DNA of 64,000 nt from an uncultured Bdellovibrio sp. GTDB lineage: Bacteria > Bdellovibrionota > Bdellovibrionia > Bdellovibrionales > Bdellovibrionaceae. Location: positions 1 through 64,000 of the forward strand of contig CAWVRN010000005.1 in assembly GCA_963932905.1 (NCBI GenBank). Direction: 5' to 3'. This document shows, piece by piece, positions 1-9,745 of the stretch. Both the position numbers and the translations under genes were made by a program. How positions within the stretch are numbered: the stretch's first letter is position 1; each line of letters begins with the position of its first letter. The notes beneath the pieces are model-generated. The model was not told the DNA's origin. It worked only from the letters and a program-made list of their open reading frames with translations, and made no database searches.

Positions 1-110
1 CCCAACGATGTTGATGGAAAGTGGTTACGAAACGGGGTCTGGGGTGGTGAGGGGGGAAGAATGAATACAAAATAATAATATAAATAATTAATAATAAGAG
101 GAGGTAAGGA

Positions 111-509
111 ATGGAAAACAATGAAAAGGTAGAACAGGAAAACAGTATCAAAATTACTGTGACTAAGGATGCTGGGGAAATCCTGGCTGAATTGGTGGCA
201 AAGGCGAATGAGGGTTTTGAGGGCGGTCGGATTAATCGGCAGGACCTTGCAAGTTATATAGTAGAGAAATTCAAAGCTAATTTTTCGGATCGTGATTTGG
301 TTCAGCTGCGACAGTTGCATTATGACGATTCAGCTATGATGGAAGCTATGTACCGTAAAATGAAAGAAACTGGTGAAGTCCCTGAATTTTTGCGCGATGC
401 CTTGCGGAAACAGTTCCAAGTTAATGACGATGCGCCTAAAAAGACTAAGAAAGCATTGACCAAGGAGTCCACCAATGATGGACTCGCTAAGAATGAGGAA
501 TCCGCATGA
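111..509 (+). CDS. Hypothetical protein of the element, possibly ribbon-helix-helix-like DNA-binding
   Basis: 132-aa ORF with strong SD (GAGGAGG). N-terminal strand-helix-helix pattern (KITVTKDAGEILAELV...INRQDLASYIVEKF) judged by eye. Confidence 0.7.
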   Translation: MENNEKVEQENSIKITVTKDAGEILAELVAKANEGFEGGRINRQDLASYIVEKFKANFSDRDLVQLRQLHYDDSAMMEAMYRKMKETGEVPEFLRDALRKQFQVNDDAPKKTKKALTKESTNDGLAKNEESA

Positions 510-757
510 AGGGCACAGAATTCAAAACAATCAGGGAAGAGCTAGGTCTTACCCAGGAACAACTTTCCGAGGTTTTGTGTTTGGCTGGAAAGAAAGTTAT
601 AAGCAATATCGAACGGGGTTCTCGGAATCCGAGTTTACTGACAGAAGTATTGATGAGGTTGTTGAGTCGCCTTTCCGAAAAGAAATCCAAAGAACTCCAG
701 CGGGCACTAGTTTCATTACGTCAAGAGATCGTCGATTCGAGCGGTGGTCGAAAATGA
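506..757 (+). CDS. XRE-family helix-turn-helix regulator
   Basis: FKTIREELGLTQEQLSEVL...ISNIERGSRNPS is a canonical Cro/C1 HTH; ATGA overlap with the upstream stop. Confidence 0.9.
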   Translation: MKGTEFKTIREELGLTQEQLSEVLCLAGKKVISNIERGSRNPSLLTEVLMRLLSRLSEKKSKELQRALVSLRQEIVDSSGGRK

Positions 758-960
758 GTCGACGAAGAGAATATATAAAAGTGACAGAATTTGATCCTAA
801 TTCCATTCCAGTTAGATTCTATGTCGTCAAAAATGAAAATGGTAATTCCGACATCATAAGCTCTGAAGTTGTCGACTTTGCCGCTCAATTATTTTATTTA
901 GCGTCAAAACGAGGTCGAGTTAAATCGACAGCGGGCGAGGTATTTCATGATGAAATTTAA
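754..960 (+). CDS. Small hypothetical protein (68 aa, MSRRREYIKV...), candidate recombination directionality factor
   Basis: ATG at 754 overlaps the TGA of the XRE gene (ATGA) and the 3' end overlaps the recombinase start. This is the 3' part of track ORF 475..960. Confidence 0.6.
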   Translation: MSRRREYIKVTEFDPNSIPVRFYVVKNENGNSDIISSEVVDFAAQLFYLASKRGRVKSTAGEVFHDEI

Positions 961-2746
961 AGTTGGTGGGTATTGTAGGGTTTCTACGGAAGAGCAGGCG
1001 GCTCTTGTTGATGGATCACTTGATAATCAGAAGTATCGAATCAATGCATTCGTTGATCTGAAAAACATGCAGGAAAAAAACTGGGGACAAATTCAGGAAT
1101 TTTATGTGGATGAAGGATTTTCGGCAAAAGACACTCGTCGTCCGGCCTTTCAAAGGATGATTGCTGATTTGCGCCGGGGAAAAATAGATCTAATTTTGGT
1201 TACCGATTTGTCTCGATTGTCGAGAAGCATTTCAGATTTTTGTGTCATTCTTGATTTACTTAAAAGTCACAATTCATCGTTTTTGTCGATCAAAGAACAA
1301 TTTGATTCAAGCACTCCTCCTGGAAAAATGATGCTTTATAATATGATAAATTTGGCTCAATTTGAACGGGAACAGACTGCCGAGAGAGTAGCTCTTGGAT
1401 GTCATGCACGCGCGATGCGTGGACTTTTAAATGGCGGTCAAGCGATACTGGGTTATGATAAGATTCCGGAAAAAAAGAATTCATTTACTGTAAACGAAAA
1501 TGAGTCGGAAATAGTTAGAAAAATATTTAAGACATACCTAGAGGAAGGATCATTAAGTCGCACGATTCGTAGACTCGAGGAAATGGGTATCAAACCCAAA
1601 CCTCACGCAAAACGTAAGCAAAAGATCGTGGACCGTGGTTTGTGGACGAGTTCTTTGCTCAGAGAGCTATTGATGAACTATAGCTATATTGGAATGATGG
1701 AAGTTAACAAAAGGAAAAGGGATCTTGATGCCAAGCAATTGAAATCTCATGAATTGCACCAGATCGTGAAGGCCTCATGGGACGGAATTGTAAAGAAAGA
1801 AGATTTTGAATCGGTCCAAAAGTTACTGGCTGAGAACCGTTCCAGGGAACGTCGTCGTCTTGAGGGTGCAGTAAGAAGAGTGTTTTTGGTTTCTGGAATA
1901 GTTCATTGCAAGGAATGTGGTCGCGCAATGGTTGGTCAATCGTCGCATGGGCAAAAGAGTGTTCATCGATATTACAAACATGGGGAATCAAAAGGCGATA
2001 CCAACATTTGCAGCGTGAAAAGAATTCGGGCTGAAGATGTTGAAGACGCGATTTCAAAACATCTATTCAAGATGCTAGATGATGGCGGGTATTTGAATGA
2101 AATTTCTGAAAGAATTGCCTCCATTGAAAAGGAAACCTTTGGTTCTACAAAAGCGATTCGGTCCCAGATGGAAAAGGAACTCAGAACAATTAGCAATGAA
2201 ATGGAGTCGGCTTTTAAATTACAGATGAGCTGTCCAGCTGATTCTGAAGCTGCCAAATTTTGTGTGGCGAAAATGGAATCTTTAGGTACTCAGAAAAAAG
2301 AAATAGAGAAGAGGCTATCCGCAGTTAAGGAAACGGATACGAATGTGATTTCCATTTCACAAGCCAAGAAAAACCTTTATGAACGGACCGAAGCGGTTAC
2401 TCGCGGGTGGTCAAAAATTCCAGAGGCTCAGAAAAGGAAGGCCCTTCGCCGTTTGATCAAGCAGGTTTTAATCGGCCCCCAGGGAATGGATATCTACTAT
2501 TATTACAATTCGTTGGCCGAAGAGAGGTCTTTGGGAGTGTTTACTTTGGAAAAAGCGAACCCTGCCAAAGTCATTGCTTTTGGGTCTCGTGGAACTGAAT
2601 CTGTTGCTTTGGGAATTGATTCTAAACAGCAGGTCGGAAATTGCCTGTTGTTGGACATGGTGATCGCGGCACGACTTGAACGTGCGACCTACTGCTTAGA
2701 AGGCAGTTGCTCTATCCAGCTGAGCTACGCGACCATTTTGGAATAA
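947..2746 (+). CDS. Large serine recombinase (serine integrase)
   Basis: Catalytic YCRVST, resolvase motifs RPAFQRM and DLSRLSRS, recombinase domain (LGYD...), zinc ribbon CKECGRAM...C, and coiled coil. Confidence 0.95.
   Translation: MMKFKVGGYCRVSTEEQAALVDGSLDNQKYRINAFVDLKNMQEKNWGQIQEFYVDEGFSAKDTRRPAFQRMIADLRRGKIDLILVTDLSRLSRSISDFCVILDLLKSHNSSFLSIKEQFDSSTPPGKMMLYNMINLAQFEREQTAERVALGCHARAMRGLLNGGQAILGYDKIPEKKNSFTVNENESEIVRKIFKTYLEEGSLSRTIRRLEEMGIKPKPHAKRKQKIVDRGLWTSSLLRELLMNYSYIGMMEVNKRKRDLDAKQLKSHELHQIVKASWDGIVKKEDFESVQKLLAENRSRERRRLEGAVRRVFLVSGIVHCKECGRAMVGQSSHGQKSVHRYYKHGESKGDTNICSVKRIRAEDVEDAISKHLFKMLDDGGYLNEISERIASIEKETFGSTKAIRSQMEKELRTISNEMESAFKLQMSCPADSEAAKFCVAKMESLGTQKKEIEKRLSAVKETDTNVISISQAKKNLYERTEAVTRGWSKIPEAQKRKALRRLIKQVLIGPQGMDIYYYYNSLAEERSLGVFTLEKANPAKVIAFGSRGTESVALGIDSKQQVGNCLLLDMVIAARLERATYCLEGSCSIQLSYATILE
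2658..2734 (-). tRNA. tRNA-Arg (anticodon TCT)
   Basis: Minus strand GGTCGCGTAGCTCAGCTGGATAGAGCAACTGCCTTCTAAGCAGTAGGTCGCACGTTCAAGTCGTGCCGCGATCACCA: 7-bp acceptor stem, D arm, ACTGC-CTTCTAA-GCAGT anticodon arm, TTCAA T-loop, encoded CCA. Confidence 0.97.
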
Positions 2747-3063
2747 CGATAAGCTAATGATATGCCTCAGGACTTTTAATTTGTCTATGGGTAATCTCCA
2801 ATTTAAAGAATTTGCCCAAAAACCCTGAAATTTATGGAAGTTAGTTGCAAACTGCCTACAAAATAGACCTTAGTCAAAATCTCTGATGTCCGTGGCCGTT
2901 TTAGCGCCTGAAATGGGCATCCTATATATATGAAAACATTCTTTTTTTTAAGTGTAGTGAGCCTGCTGGTTCAAGCCACTGATAAACCCGTGGGTGGTGA
3001 CCGAGTCTTCTAGGGTATATCTCATCACCTATAAAGGCGTAGCAGATCGCATATGCCATCGAA

Positions 3064-3870
3064 TTAGACGACTCGTTTTGAGAGGTCTGATTCCTTCTTT
3101 AAAATGCTTTTCTGAAGCGCGCTTCCTAACGCTGTTCCTATCAGCACAATTTGCCAGATGCCTAGGATCCAAACCAAGATCAGCGGAATGGCAGCTAATG
3201 AGCCGTAGAATTTATTCATATAAAATGCTTTTTGTGCAATCAATGTAAAACTTTTCTGCAAAATGGAAATACTGATCGTAGAAAATGTCGCTGCAAAAAA
3301 CGCCACTCGTTTTAAAACACGATCAGCTGGAAATAGTTTGTAGACGAAATATAAAAATATAAACATCGCAATGCCGTCCATCGCTATCGTATACTGTCGC
3401 GCAATCGGACGTACCATGTCCAGGGACCTAACCGCAACATACACAGCTAACATACTTGGAAAAATAACGATGGCACACCAAACCACTAAAAATCGACGAT
3501 GAATCGGACGAGAAACTTCGTTGGACCAAATTCGTTGAATGCCTTTTTCCATGTCACTAAAAAGTCGCCAAGAGGTATAGAATAAAATAATGATCGCCGT
3601 CGTTCCGATGGTCTGTGCTTGGACTTTTTCTAAAACGAGATGAATCCATTGCGACACTTCGCCGCCCATCGCTTCTTTCACATAGCGCAAAAGAAAACGC
3701 TCAATCCGAGGAATCAGATAATCAATTCCACCAATCATTTTAAATGACACTAGCACTAGTGCCATAAACGGAATTAAACTTAAAATGGTGGTGAATGCCA
3801 GTGAGCTTGATATCCAGCGAATATCGCCTTCACGTATTTTTTTAAAAACGTCTTTAAAGATTTCGCGCAC
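3064..3870 (-). CDS. YihY/BrkB family inner membrane protein
   Basis: SSLAFTTILSLIPF and KFYGSLAAIPLILVWI motifs; multiple TM helices. Confidence 0.88.
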   Translation of the reverse strand: MREIFKDVFKKIREGDIRWISSSLAFTTILSLIPFMALVLVSFKMIGGIDYLIPRIERFLLRYVKEAMGGEVSQWIHLVLEKVQAQTIGTTAIIILFYTSWRLFSDMEKGIQRIWSNEVSRPIHRRFLVVWCAIVIFPSMLAVYVAVRSLDMVRPIARQYTIAMDGIAMFIFLYFVYKLFPADRVLKRVAFFAATFSTISISILQKSFTLIAQKAFYMNKFYGSLAAIPLILVWILGIWQIVLIGTALGSALQKSILKKESDLSKRVV

Positions 3871-3897
3871 CTACTGCACCTTTAAGCTAAAGTTACT

Positions 3898-4785
3898 TTA
3901 GCTTAAAGTGTAGCGCTGCTCGACGGCGAAATCACCATTCATTTCTTTGATAGAGGCTAAATCACAATACGGGTCGTGCTCGAAAAACAGGTAGGCATTT
4001 TCTTTGGCAGCTTGACCAAGGTACTTGGTTTTTTCTTCGATCAACATCAATGGATTCAAATCGTAACCCATCACCCATGGCAAACGAACATGTGAACTGG
4101 TAGGAACGACATCGCCGCAGTATAGGACTGTCGTTTTTCCATCTGTGATGTGAACCATTTGATGAGCCTGTGTATGACCGTTGGAAATCCAAGTCGTAAT
4201 ACCAGGTGCGATCTCACTGGGGCCATCTAATTGGACCAGCACACCAGCCTCAATCAACGGTTGTACATTGGCCGCGTAATACGATGCTTTTTCACGTAAG
4301 TTGGGTTTTAGAGCAATCTCGACGTTTTTCTTTTGGACATAATATTTGGCATTCGGGAATGTGGGAACCAGGTTACCATTTTTGCTGGTGACGCCGCCGC
4401 CCGCGTGGTCAAAGTGTAAATGAGTCAAAATCACGATGTGTATGTCTTCTGGTTTTAAACCCTGTTTTTGCAAGGATTGTTGCAGGCTAGATCCGCCGAC
4501 CTCGATTTTGTAAAGTTCGGCAAATTTGTTTCCTAATTTCTCGCCGTACTTGTCGATAAAATCTGAACCATTTCCACAATCGATCAGAATATTTTGCTTA
4601 CCTTTCAATAACAATCCCCGGGCTTCCATGCGAATTCTATTTTTGTCATCCGCTGGATTTGATTTTTCCCAAAGAACTTTAGGTACAGTTCCAAACATGG
4701 CCCCGCCATCCAAACCAAATTCACCAGTCGGGACGGGGTGCAATTCGTAGTCACCAATTTTTAGAGTTATGGGAGACACGTTCAT
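3898..4785 (-). CDS. MBL-fold metallo-hydrolase (YtnP-like)
   Basis: LDGGAMFGTVPK, THLHFDHAGG, GHT and FEHDP motifs. Confidence 0.9.
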   Translation of the reverse strand: MNVSPITLKIGDYELHPVPTGEFGLDGGAMFGTVPKVLWEKSNPADDKNRIRMEARGLLLKGKQNILIDCGNGSDFIDKYGEKLGNKFAELYKIEVGGSSLQQSLQKQGLKPEDIHIVILTHLHFDHAGGGVTSKNGNLVPTFPNAKYYVQKKNVEIALKPNLREKASYYAANVQPLIEAGVLVQLDGPSEIAPGITTWISNGHTQAHQMVHITDGKTTVLYCGDVVPTSSHVRLPWVMGYDLNPLMLIEEKTKYLGQAAKENAYLFFEHDPYCDLASIKEMNGDFAVEQRYTLS

Positions 4786-4796
4786 ATAGAACTCCT

Positions 4797-5540
4797 TTAG
4801 GCGTCAAAATTAACGGCCTGATCATCAGCAAACGCATCAGGGTTAATTGTAGTTACCCACTCTTTGTAGGCTTTGTAAACTTGATCGATTGGCGACGGTG
4901 GAATCACGGGTCCAACGTAAATCGTTAGTTTCCCAGGATGCGCCCACGGTCGGCCTTTCGGCATTAATTTCGTATTTCCATCTAAGAACAACAATAAAAT
5001 CGGCGTATCCGTCTTCTCGGCGAAAACAGACACTCCACGTTTGAATTCGTGAATTTTTCCATCGGGCGTACGCGTACCCTCTGGGAACAAAATCAACCAA
5101 ATTCGATCCATTGACGTTAACATGCGCGTAATCAGATTGATCGCTTCACCACGACGATCTTTACGATCAATCGGAATTGCGCCCAAGCAGTGCTGTGAAA
5201 AAAATGTAAAGAATGCGTTCGAGAAAAAATAATCTTTTGCCGCCGCAATATATAAATCTAGCCAATACTGTGACGGGATCGATGCCGCGATGGATGTTGC
5301 ATCCAAATGACTGCCGTGATTTGAAATAATTAACAGGCGTGGATGAGTTTTATAAAGCGAATGATAATCACCAACTACTTTCAAACGAATGTAAACAGTA
5401 AATACAACTTTTAAATAAATCGACCATGCAAAACGAAAGAACATACTGGTCCAATCGTGGGCACGAGTAAAGAGCGGTAGATGTTTTAAATAAGTCGGCA
5501 GCTGAGTCCACTGCTCGTTATCGTATTTCCAGTCTCTCAT
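4797..5540 (-). CDS. Lysophospholipid acyltransferase (PlsC family)
   Basis: NHGSHLD (HX4D) and FPEGTR motifs; start taken at MRDWKY, 2 bp after the upstream stop. Confidence 0.9.
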   Translation of the reverse strand: MRDWKYDNEQWTQLPTYLKHLPLFTRAHDWTSMFFRFAWSIYLKVVFTVYIRLKVVGDYHSLYKTHPRLLIISNHGSHLDATSIAASIPSQYWLDLYIAAAKDYFFSNAFFTFFSQHCLGAIPIDRKDRRGEAINLITRMLTSMDRIWLILFPEGTRTPDGKIHEFKRGVSVFAEKTDTPILLLFLDGNTKLMPKGRPWAHPGKLTIYVGPVIPPSPIDQVYKAYKEWVTTINPDAFADDQAVNFDA

Positions 5541-5542
5541 TC

Positions 5543-6463
5543 CTATTGTATCCAAACCATGACGTAGTAATAAATCGGAGCCACAAAAATAAGTCGGTCA
5601 ATTCGTTGTAAGAAATCCCCGCGCCCGATGATGAAAGGGCCAACAATTTTAACTCCGGCGTCGCGACGGACCACCGTCATCACCAGGTCGCCAAGCAATC
5701 CCCCCAAGGACGCTATCAAGCCGGATGTATACCAATACTTGTCGCCTTGATCAGGCAACAACCAGCGCATAAACCCCGCCAGACCTAGCGTTAGTATAAC
5801 AGAAACTACCGTAGATCCTAATGTTCGTTTAGGATCAATGCGTTTAAACAAACGGAAACGTCTAAAATATCTAGAGATCGCTAAATTTGTGTTATCGCAG
5901 AATTCCGTTAGCACAACTAGATACATAATTTGGTAAAGACCTTTTTCTAAATTCAGGATCAATCCCAAATGCATGAATGACCAACCCAAAAAGATAAATG
6001 CTAATAACGTAATAGAAATGTATTGGATCATGCGCTTGTAATTATCACGTAACAAAGGAACTAAACAGCTGACTCCTAAAACGATGATAGGAAGCTGATT
6101 GTACAAAGCCACTTGATTGTAATACGAACTAATCCCTAAACCATAGATCCCAAGATAGCAGATGATCACAAAATAATTACGGTGATACATACCCATGATT
6201 TGGAAAAAAGCTTTTGCACCGTATACTGACATTAATGTCAAAACGACTAAAGGCACCGGATTGGGAAATGAAAAAACGACGAACATTAGCGGAGCAACAA
6301 ACAGCCACGATTTTATGCTGGCCCACGCACCTTTGAAGTAATAATTGCTGTTACGAAAAAGATAAACAACCAAACCCGAGCCAAAAATAATAGCCAAAAC
6401 AATAGCCGCCGTTTGGCGATAGGCGGGGTCAGTAAACAATAACGAATGATTCAAGAATTCCAT
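5543..6463 (-). CDS. Phosphatidate cytidylyltransferase family membrane protein
   Basis: Polytopic; IDPKRT, GLLGDLVMTVVRRDAGVK and GRGDFLQRID resemble the CTP_transf_1 signature. Confidence 0.82.
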   Translation of the reverse strand: MEFLNHSLLFTDPAYRQTAAIVLAIIFGSGLVVYLFRNSNYYFKGAWASIKSWLFVAPLMFVVFSFPNPVPLVVLTLMSVYGAKAFFQIMGMYHRNYFVIICYLGIYGLGISSYYNQVALYNQLPIIVLGVSCLVPLLRDNYKRMIQYISITLLAFIFLGWSFMHLGLILNLEKGLYQIMYLVVLTEFCDNTNLAISRYFRRFRLFKRIDPKRTLGSTVVSVILTLGLAGFMRWLLPDQGDKYWYTSGLIASLGGLLGDLVMTVVRRDAGVKIVGPFIIGRGDFLQRIDRLIFVAPIYYYVMVWIQ

Positions 6464-6465
6464 TT

Positions 6466-7830
6466 TTAACTTTCAGTAATTTTTAAGTCTTTAATTTTTT
6501 TATATAAATTCGACCGCGAGACCTTTAAAAACCGCGCAGTTTCGTCGATGTCAGTGTGAAATTGTTTGAGCGCGGTTTCAATCATTTTCTTCTCAAAAGT
6601 CTTTAAAACTGCTTCTAAACCATCTTCCAAATTGTAAGATTCTGATAAGGAGTTAACGCTGCCACTCGTCGGACGCGCCTTTATTTCTAGCAACATGCCG
6701 ACGTCACTAGCTCGGATAATAGGCAGGGGGGAAGTCAGGCATAATTGTTCAACGATTCGTTTTAATTCCCGCACGTTCCCGGGCCAAGCGTATGATTTTA
6801 ACGCTGCCAAGGCTTCGGGTTCTAGTGATTTATTTTTATAGGGTCTTTCTGTTTCTAAAAAGTGATTAACTAGGGCCGGTATGTCGTCTTTGCGATCACG
6901 TAGTGGCGGAATAGTTATTTTCTGGGAACTTAAGCGATAGTACAGGTCTTCGCGGAACTCACTCTTTTTAATCATGTCCGGCAGCGATCTGTTCGAAGCT
7001 ACGATCACACGCACTTGAACTCGAATGGAATCTTTAGCGCCGACTCGACGAATTTCACCGGACTCAAGAAATCGCAACAATTTGGCTTGAAAGGACAAAG
7101 GCATAGCTTCGATTTCATCTAAAAATAAGTCACCACCGTGGGCGGCTTCGGCTAATCCCATCTTGTGGCTCTCGGCCCCGGTAAAAGCACCTTTGACGTG
7201 ACCAAACATTTCACTTTCGAACAGAGTTTCAGGAATGCTGGATGAATTGACGGCAACAAATGGGCGTTCATTTTCTTGGCTATGCAGCAAGCTGGCAAGA
7301 ACTTCTTTGCCTGAGCCTGTTTCGCCTTCAATTAAAACGGAACGACGCTCGCCCTTCATCAATGCAATTTGCTTCAGAATTTTTTGACTGGCTTCCGAGG
7401 AACCTACCCAACGAGTTAAATGTTTACCGCGATTGTGAAAATCGAAATTACGAATCTGACAGTGAGCTAGAATTTTTTCCAGAGTTGATTGCAGTTCTTC
7501 TTTAGACAATGGTTTAGCTAAAAATTTTTGCGCACCAGCGATTAGGCAAGCTTCCATTGTTTTTCTATCTAATAATCCCGACATCGCCACGATCTCGGTT
7601 TGTGGGTCGCGTTCTGCTAGTGCTTTAATCACCGTGACGCCGATTGGGTCTGACAAGTCGGCGGTCAGATTCATATCGACAAAAGCACTATGAAATATTA
7701 CATCGGTGGGAACCCGTTTGTAATCTTGGATACTATACAAACGCCAAGGTTTGCTCACTATGGTTTTGAAGATCTGGTGAATCAGCGGATCATCATCGAC
7801 GACTAGTAAATTAAACTCAGTTATTTCCAT
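6466..7830 (-). CDS. Sigma54-dependent response regulator (NtrC family)
   Basis: Receiver domain (VVDDD...VDM...KP), GETGSGKE, GAFTGA, WPGNVREL, C-terminal Fis-type HTH. Confidence 0.95.
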   Translation of the reverse strand: MEITEFNLLVVDDDPLIHQIFKTIVSKPWRLYSIQDYKRVPTDVIFHSAFVDMNLTADLSDPIGVTVIKALAERDPQTEIVAMSGLLDRKTMEACLIAGAQKFLAKPLSKEELQSTLEKILAHCQIRNFDFHNRGKHLTRWVGSSEASQKILKQIALMKGERRSVLIEGETGSGKEVLASLLHSQENERPFVAVNSSSIPETLFESEMFGHVKGAFTGAESHKMGLAEAAHGGDLFLDEIEAMPLSFQAKLLRFLESGEIRRVGAKDSIRVQVRVIVASNRSLPDMIKKSEFREDLYYRLSSQKITIPPLRDRKDDIPALVNHFLETERPYKNKSLEPEALAALKSYAWPGNVRELKRIVEQLCLTSPLPIIRASDVGMLLEIKARPTSGSVNSLSESYNLEDGLEAVLKTFEKKMIETALKQFHTDIDETARFLKVSRSNLYKKIKDLKITES

Positions 7831-7984
7831 GCACTTAAGTCTGCCCGTAGAGTGGATGTTTCTAAATCATTAATGCAAAGAGTTAGTCGATTTATTGAGT
7901 GAATACGTCATCAAAATTCCTTTAGAAATTTCTGTTTCTACATTAACATTTAAGAATCTGTGAAGCTGTCTAAGGAGTCTCTCG

Positions 7985-9190
7985 ATGGAAAAGATTAAAG
8001 TTTTGTTGGTTGAAGGAATTCACGCTATCGCAAAAGCTCGATTAGAAGAAGAAGGCTATCATGTTGATCTTATCAGTCATGCTCCTGATGAAAAAGAACT
8101 CATCGAAAAATTAAAGAACTACAATGTTCTTGGTATTCGCTCAAAAACAGAAGTGACAAAAAAAGTTTTAGAGGAATCAAAACACTTAATCTGCATCGGT
8201 GCGTTCTGTATCGGTACGAATCAAATTCAATTGTCTCATGCTAAATCCATTGGTGTTCCGGTATTCAACGCACCTCACGCGAATACACGCAGTGTGGCCG
8301 AACTTGTGATTGCGGAAATGATCTCGTTATCGCGTCAACTTGGTGATCGTAATATGAAGGCGCACATAGGGGATTGGGTTAAATCTGCCGATGGCAGCCG
8401 TGAAGTCCGCGGTAAAACCTTGGGGATTGTTGGTTATGGTCATATTGGAAGTCAGCTATCCATTTTGGCTGAATCGATGGGAATGAAAGTTGTTTTTTTT
8501 GACGTAGTTAAAAAGTTGCCGTTAGGAAATGCAAAGCCAATGCGTATGTTAAGCGAACTATTAGAATCCTCTGATTTTGTATCGCTGCATGTTCCAGAAA
8601 CGCCACAAACTAAAAACATGATCGCAGAAAAAGAAATCAAACTGATGCGCAAAGGTAGTTATTTAATTAACGCCAGTCGCGGAACCGTTGTCGTGATCGA
8701 GGATTTGGCCGCAGCTTTGAAATCTAAATATCTTGCCGGTTGTGCAATCGACGTATTTCCCGTTGAGCCCGCATCGAACAAAGAAAAATTTGTGTCTCCA
8801 TTGCAAGGCTTGGCAAATGTAATTCTGACTCCTCATATTGGCGGATCTACCGAAGAAGCTCAGTATTCTATTGGATTGGAAGTCGCTGAAAGTTTCAGAA
8901 AATTTTTGAAATTAGGGACGACCGCCGGCGCGGTGAATTTTCCGCAAGTGGAATTGCATGCGGTGGAGGGCATTACTCGCATTCAAAATGTTCACAAAAA
9001 TGAGCCCGGCGTTCTGGGTGAAATTAATGGTATTATTTCAAAATACGGTGCCAATATTCAAGGTCAGTTTTTATCGACGGATGAAAATATCGGCTACCTT
9101 GTTGTCGACATCGAAAACATGAAATCCGAAAAATTGGTGGATGAAATTCAAAAATCATCACGTAGTCTTCGTACACGCGTGATCTTCTAA
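7985..9190 (+). CDS. serA: D-3-phosphoglycerate dehydrogenase
   Basis: GIRSKT, FCIGTNQ, GYGHIG, TPHIGGSTEEAQ and C-terminal ACT domain. Confidence 0.95.
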   Translation: MEKIKVLLVEGIHAIAKARLEEEGYHVDLISHAPDEKELIEKLKNYNVLGIRSKTEVTKKVLEESKHLICIGAFCIGTNQIQLSHAKSIGVPVFNAPHANTRSVAELVIAEMISLSRQLGDRNMKAHIGDWVKSADGSREVRGKTLGIVGYGHIGSQLSILAESMGMKVVFFDVVKKLPLGNAKPMRMLSELLESSDFVSLHVPETPQTKNMIAEKEIKLMRKGSYLINASRGTVVVIEDLAAALKSKYLAGCAIDVFPVEPASNKEKFVSPLQGLANVILTPHIGGSTEEAQYSIGLEVAESFRKFLKLGTTAGAVNFPQVELHAVEGITRIQNVHKNEPGVLGEINGIISKYGANIQGQFLSTDENIGYLVVDIENMKSEKLVDEIQKSSRSLRTRVIF

Positions 9191-9221
9191 ATCCGTATTG
9201 TTACAGAAAAATTTGTTATCT

Positions 9222-9253
9222 AACAAGGTTTCGATGAAACCTTGTTGCTTTTC
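9222..9253 (+). terminator. Probable intrinsic terminator after serA
   Basis: 11-bp stem AACAAGGTTTC-gat-GAAACCTTGTT followed by GCTTTTC. Confidence 0.65.
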
Positions 9254-9361
9254 AGTCCAGTTTCTTCGCCTTAAGGCCTGAACTTTTCCCGAATTACAAT
9301 CTCGATTTTTTTTGTTGTTAAAAGCATGTCAAAGTAATTGTTTAGGGAGAAATGTTCACAA

Positions 9362-9745
9362 ATGTCGCTTTCACCAAGGCTTTCCAGTCGTCATACCCAA
9401 TTCATCGTCCAAGAGCTGAAGAATATTACTTCAGAAATTCACATGGTCGACAGAGATACACCTGTCGAAGTCGTGCGGTGCGACCGCAGTTCTATCACGT
9501 TAGCATTTGAAAATATATCGGCGTTGGTTGGACATCTTGTTTCAATCAAAGGAATTTTTAAATTTGGTGATGATACCACTGAAGCATTTGCCGTCGTCGG
9601 TAGAATTACCCAAATCAATGCCCAATATGTCGAAATTAAAATGAATCAATACGACATTGAAACTTGGGGCAAATTTATAAAGCAGATAAATCAAAAACAA
9701 CAGAGAGTGGATAAATTGTTTAAATCCATCAAAGGTGAAGATTAA
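9362..9745 (+). CDS. Hypothetical protein, possibly PilZ-like beta-barrel
   Basis: Beta-rich ORF with N-terminal R-x3-R (RLSSR) and a C-terminal helix; overlaps the next gene; start uncertain (9338 or 9362). Confidence 0.6.
   Translation: MSLSPRLSSRHTQFIVQELKNITSEIHMVDRDTPVEVVRCDRSSITLAFENISALVGHLVSIKGIFKFGDDTTEAFAVVGRITQINAQYVEIKMNQYDIETWGKFIKQINQKQQRVDKLFKSIKGED

Larger units (their letters stand above)
1..2657 (+). mobile_element. Right end of an integrative element (prophage/ICE-like) inserted at the 3' end of tRNA-Arg(TCT); left end outside the window
   Basis: Co-oriented coupled small DNA-binding genes and a large serine recombinase directly abut the CCA end of a tRNA; core genes resume beyond the tRNA. 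The exact att core cannot be defined without the other end. Confidence 0.75.

Noticed and set aside
35..56. G-rich tract (GGGG-tct-GGGG-tggtga-GGGGGG) next to an AT-rich run, as a G-quadruplex or origin
   Set aside because: Only three clear G-runs, and the context is cut by the window edge.
475..753. 5' part of track ORF 475..960
   Set aside because: Overlaps the clear XRE gene in another frame; the coupled ATG at 754 is the more plausible start.
2930..3013. 27-codon ORF MKTFFFLSVVSLLVQATD... resembling a signal peptide
   Set aside because: Too short, no SD and no supporting motif.
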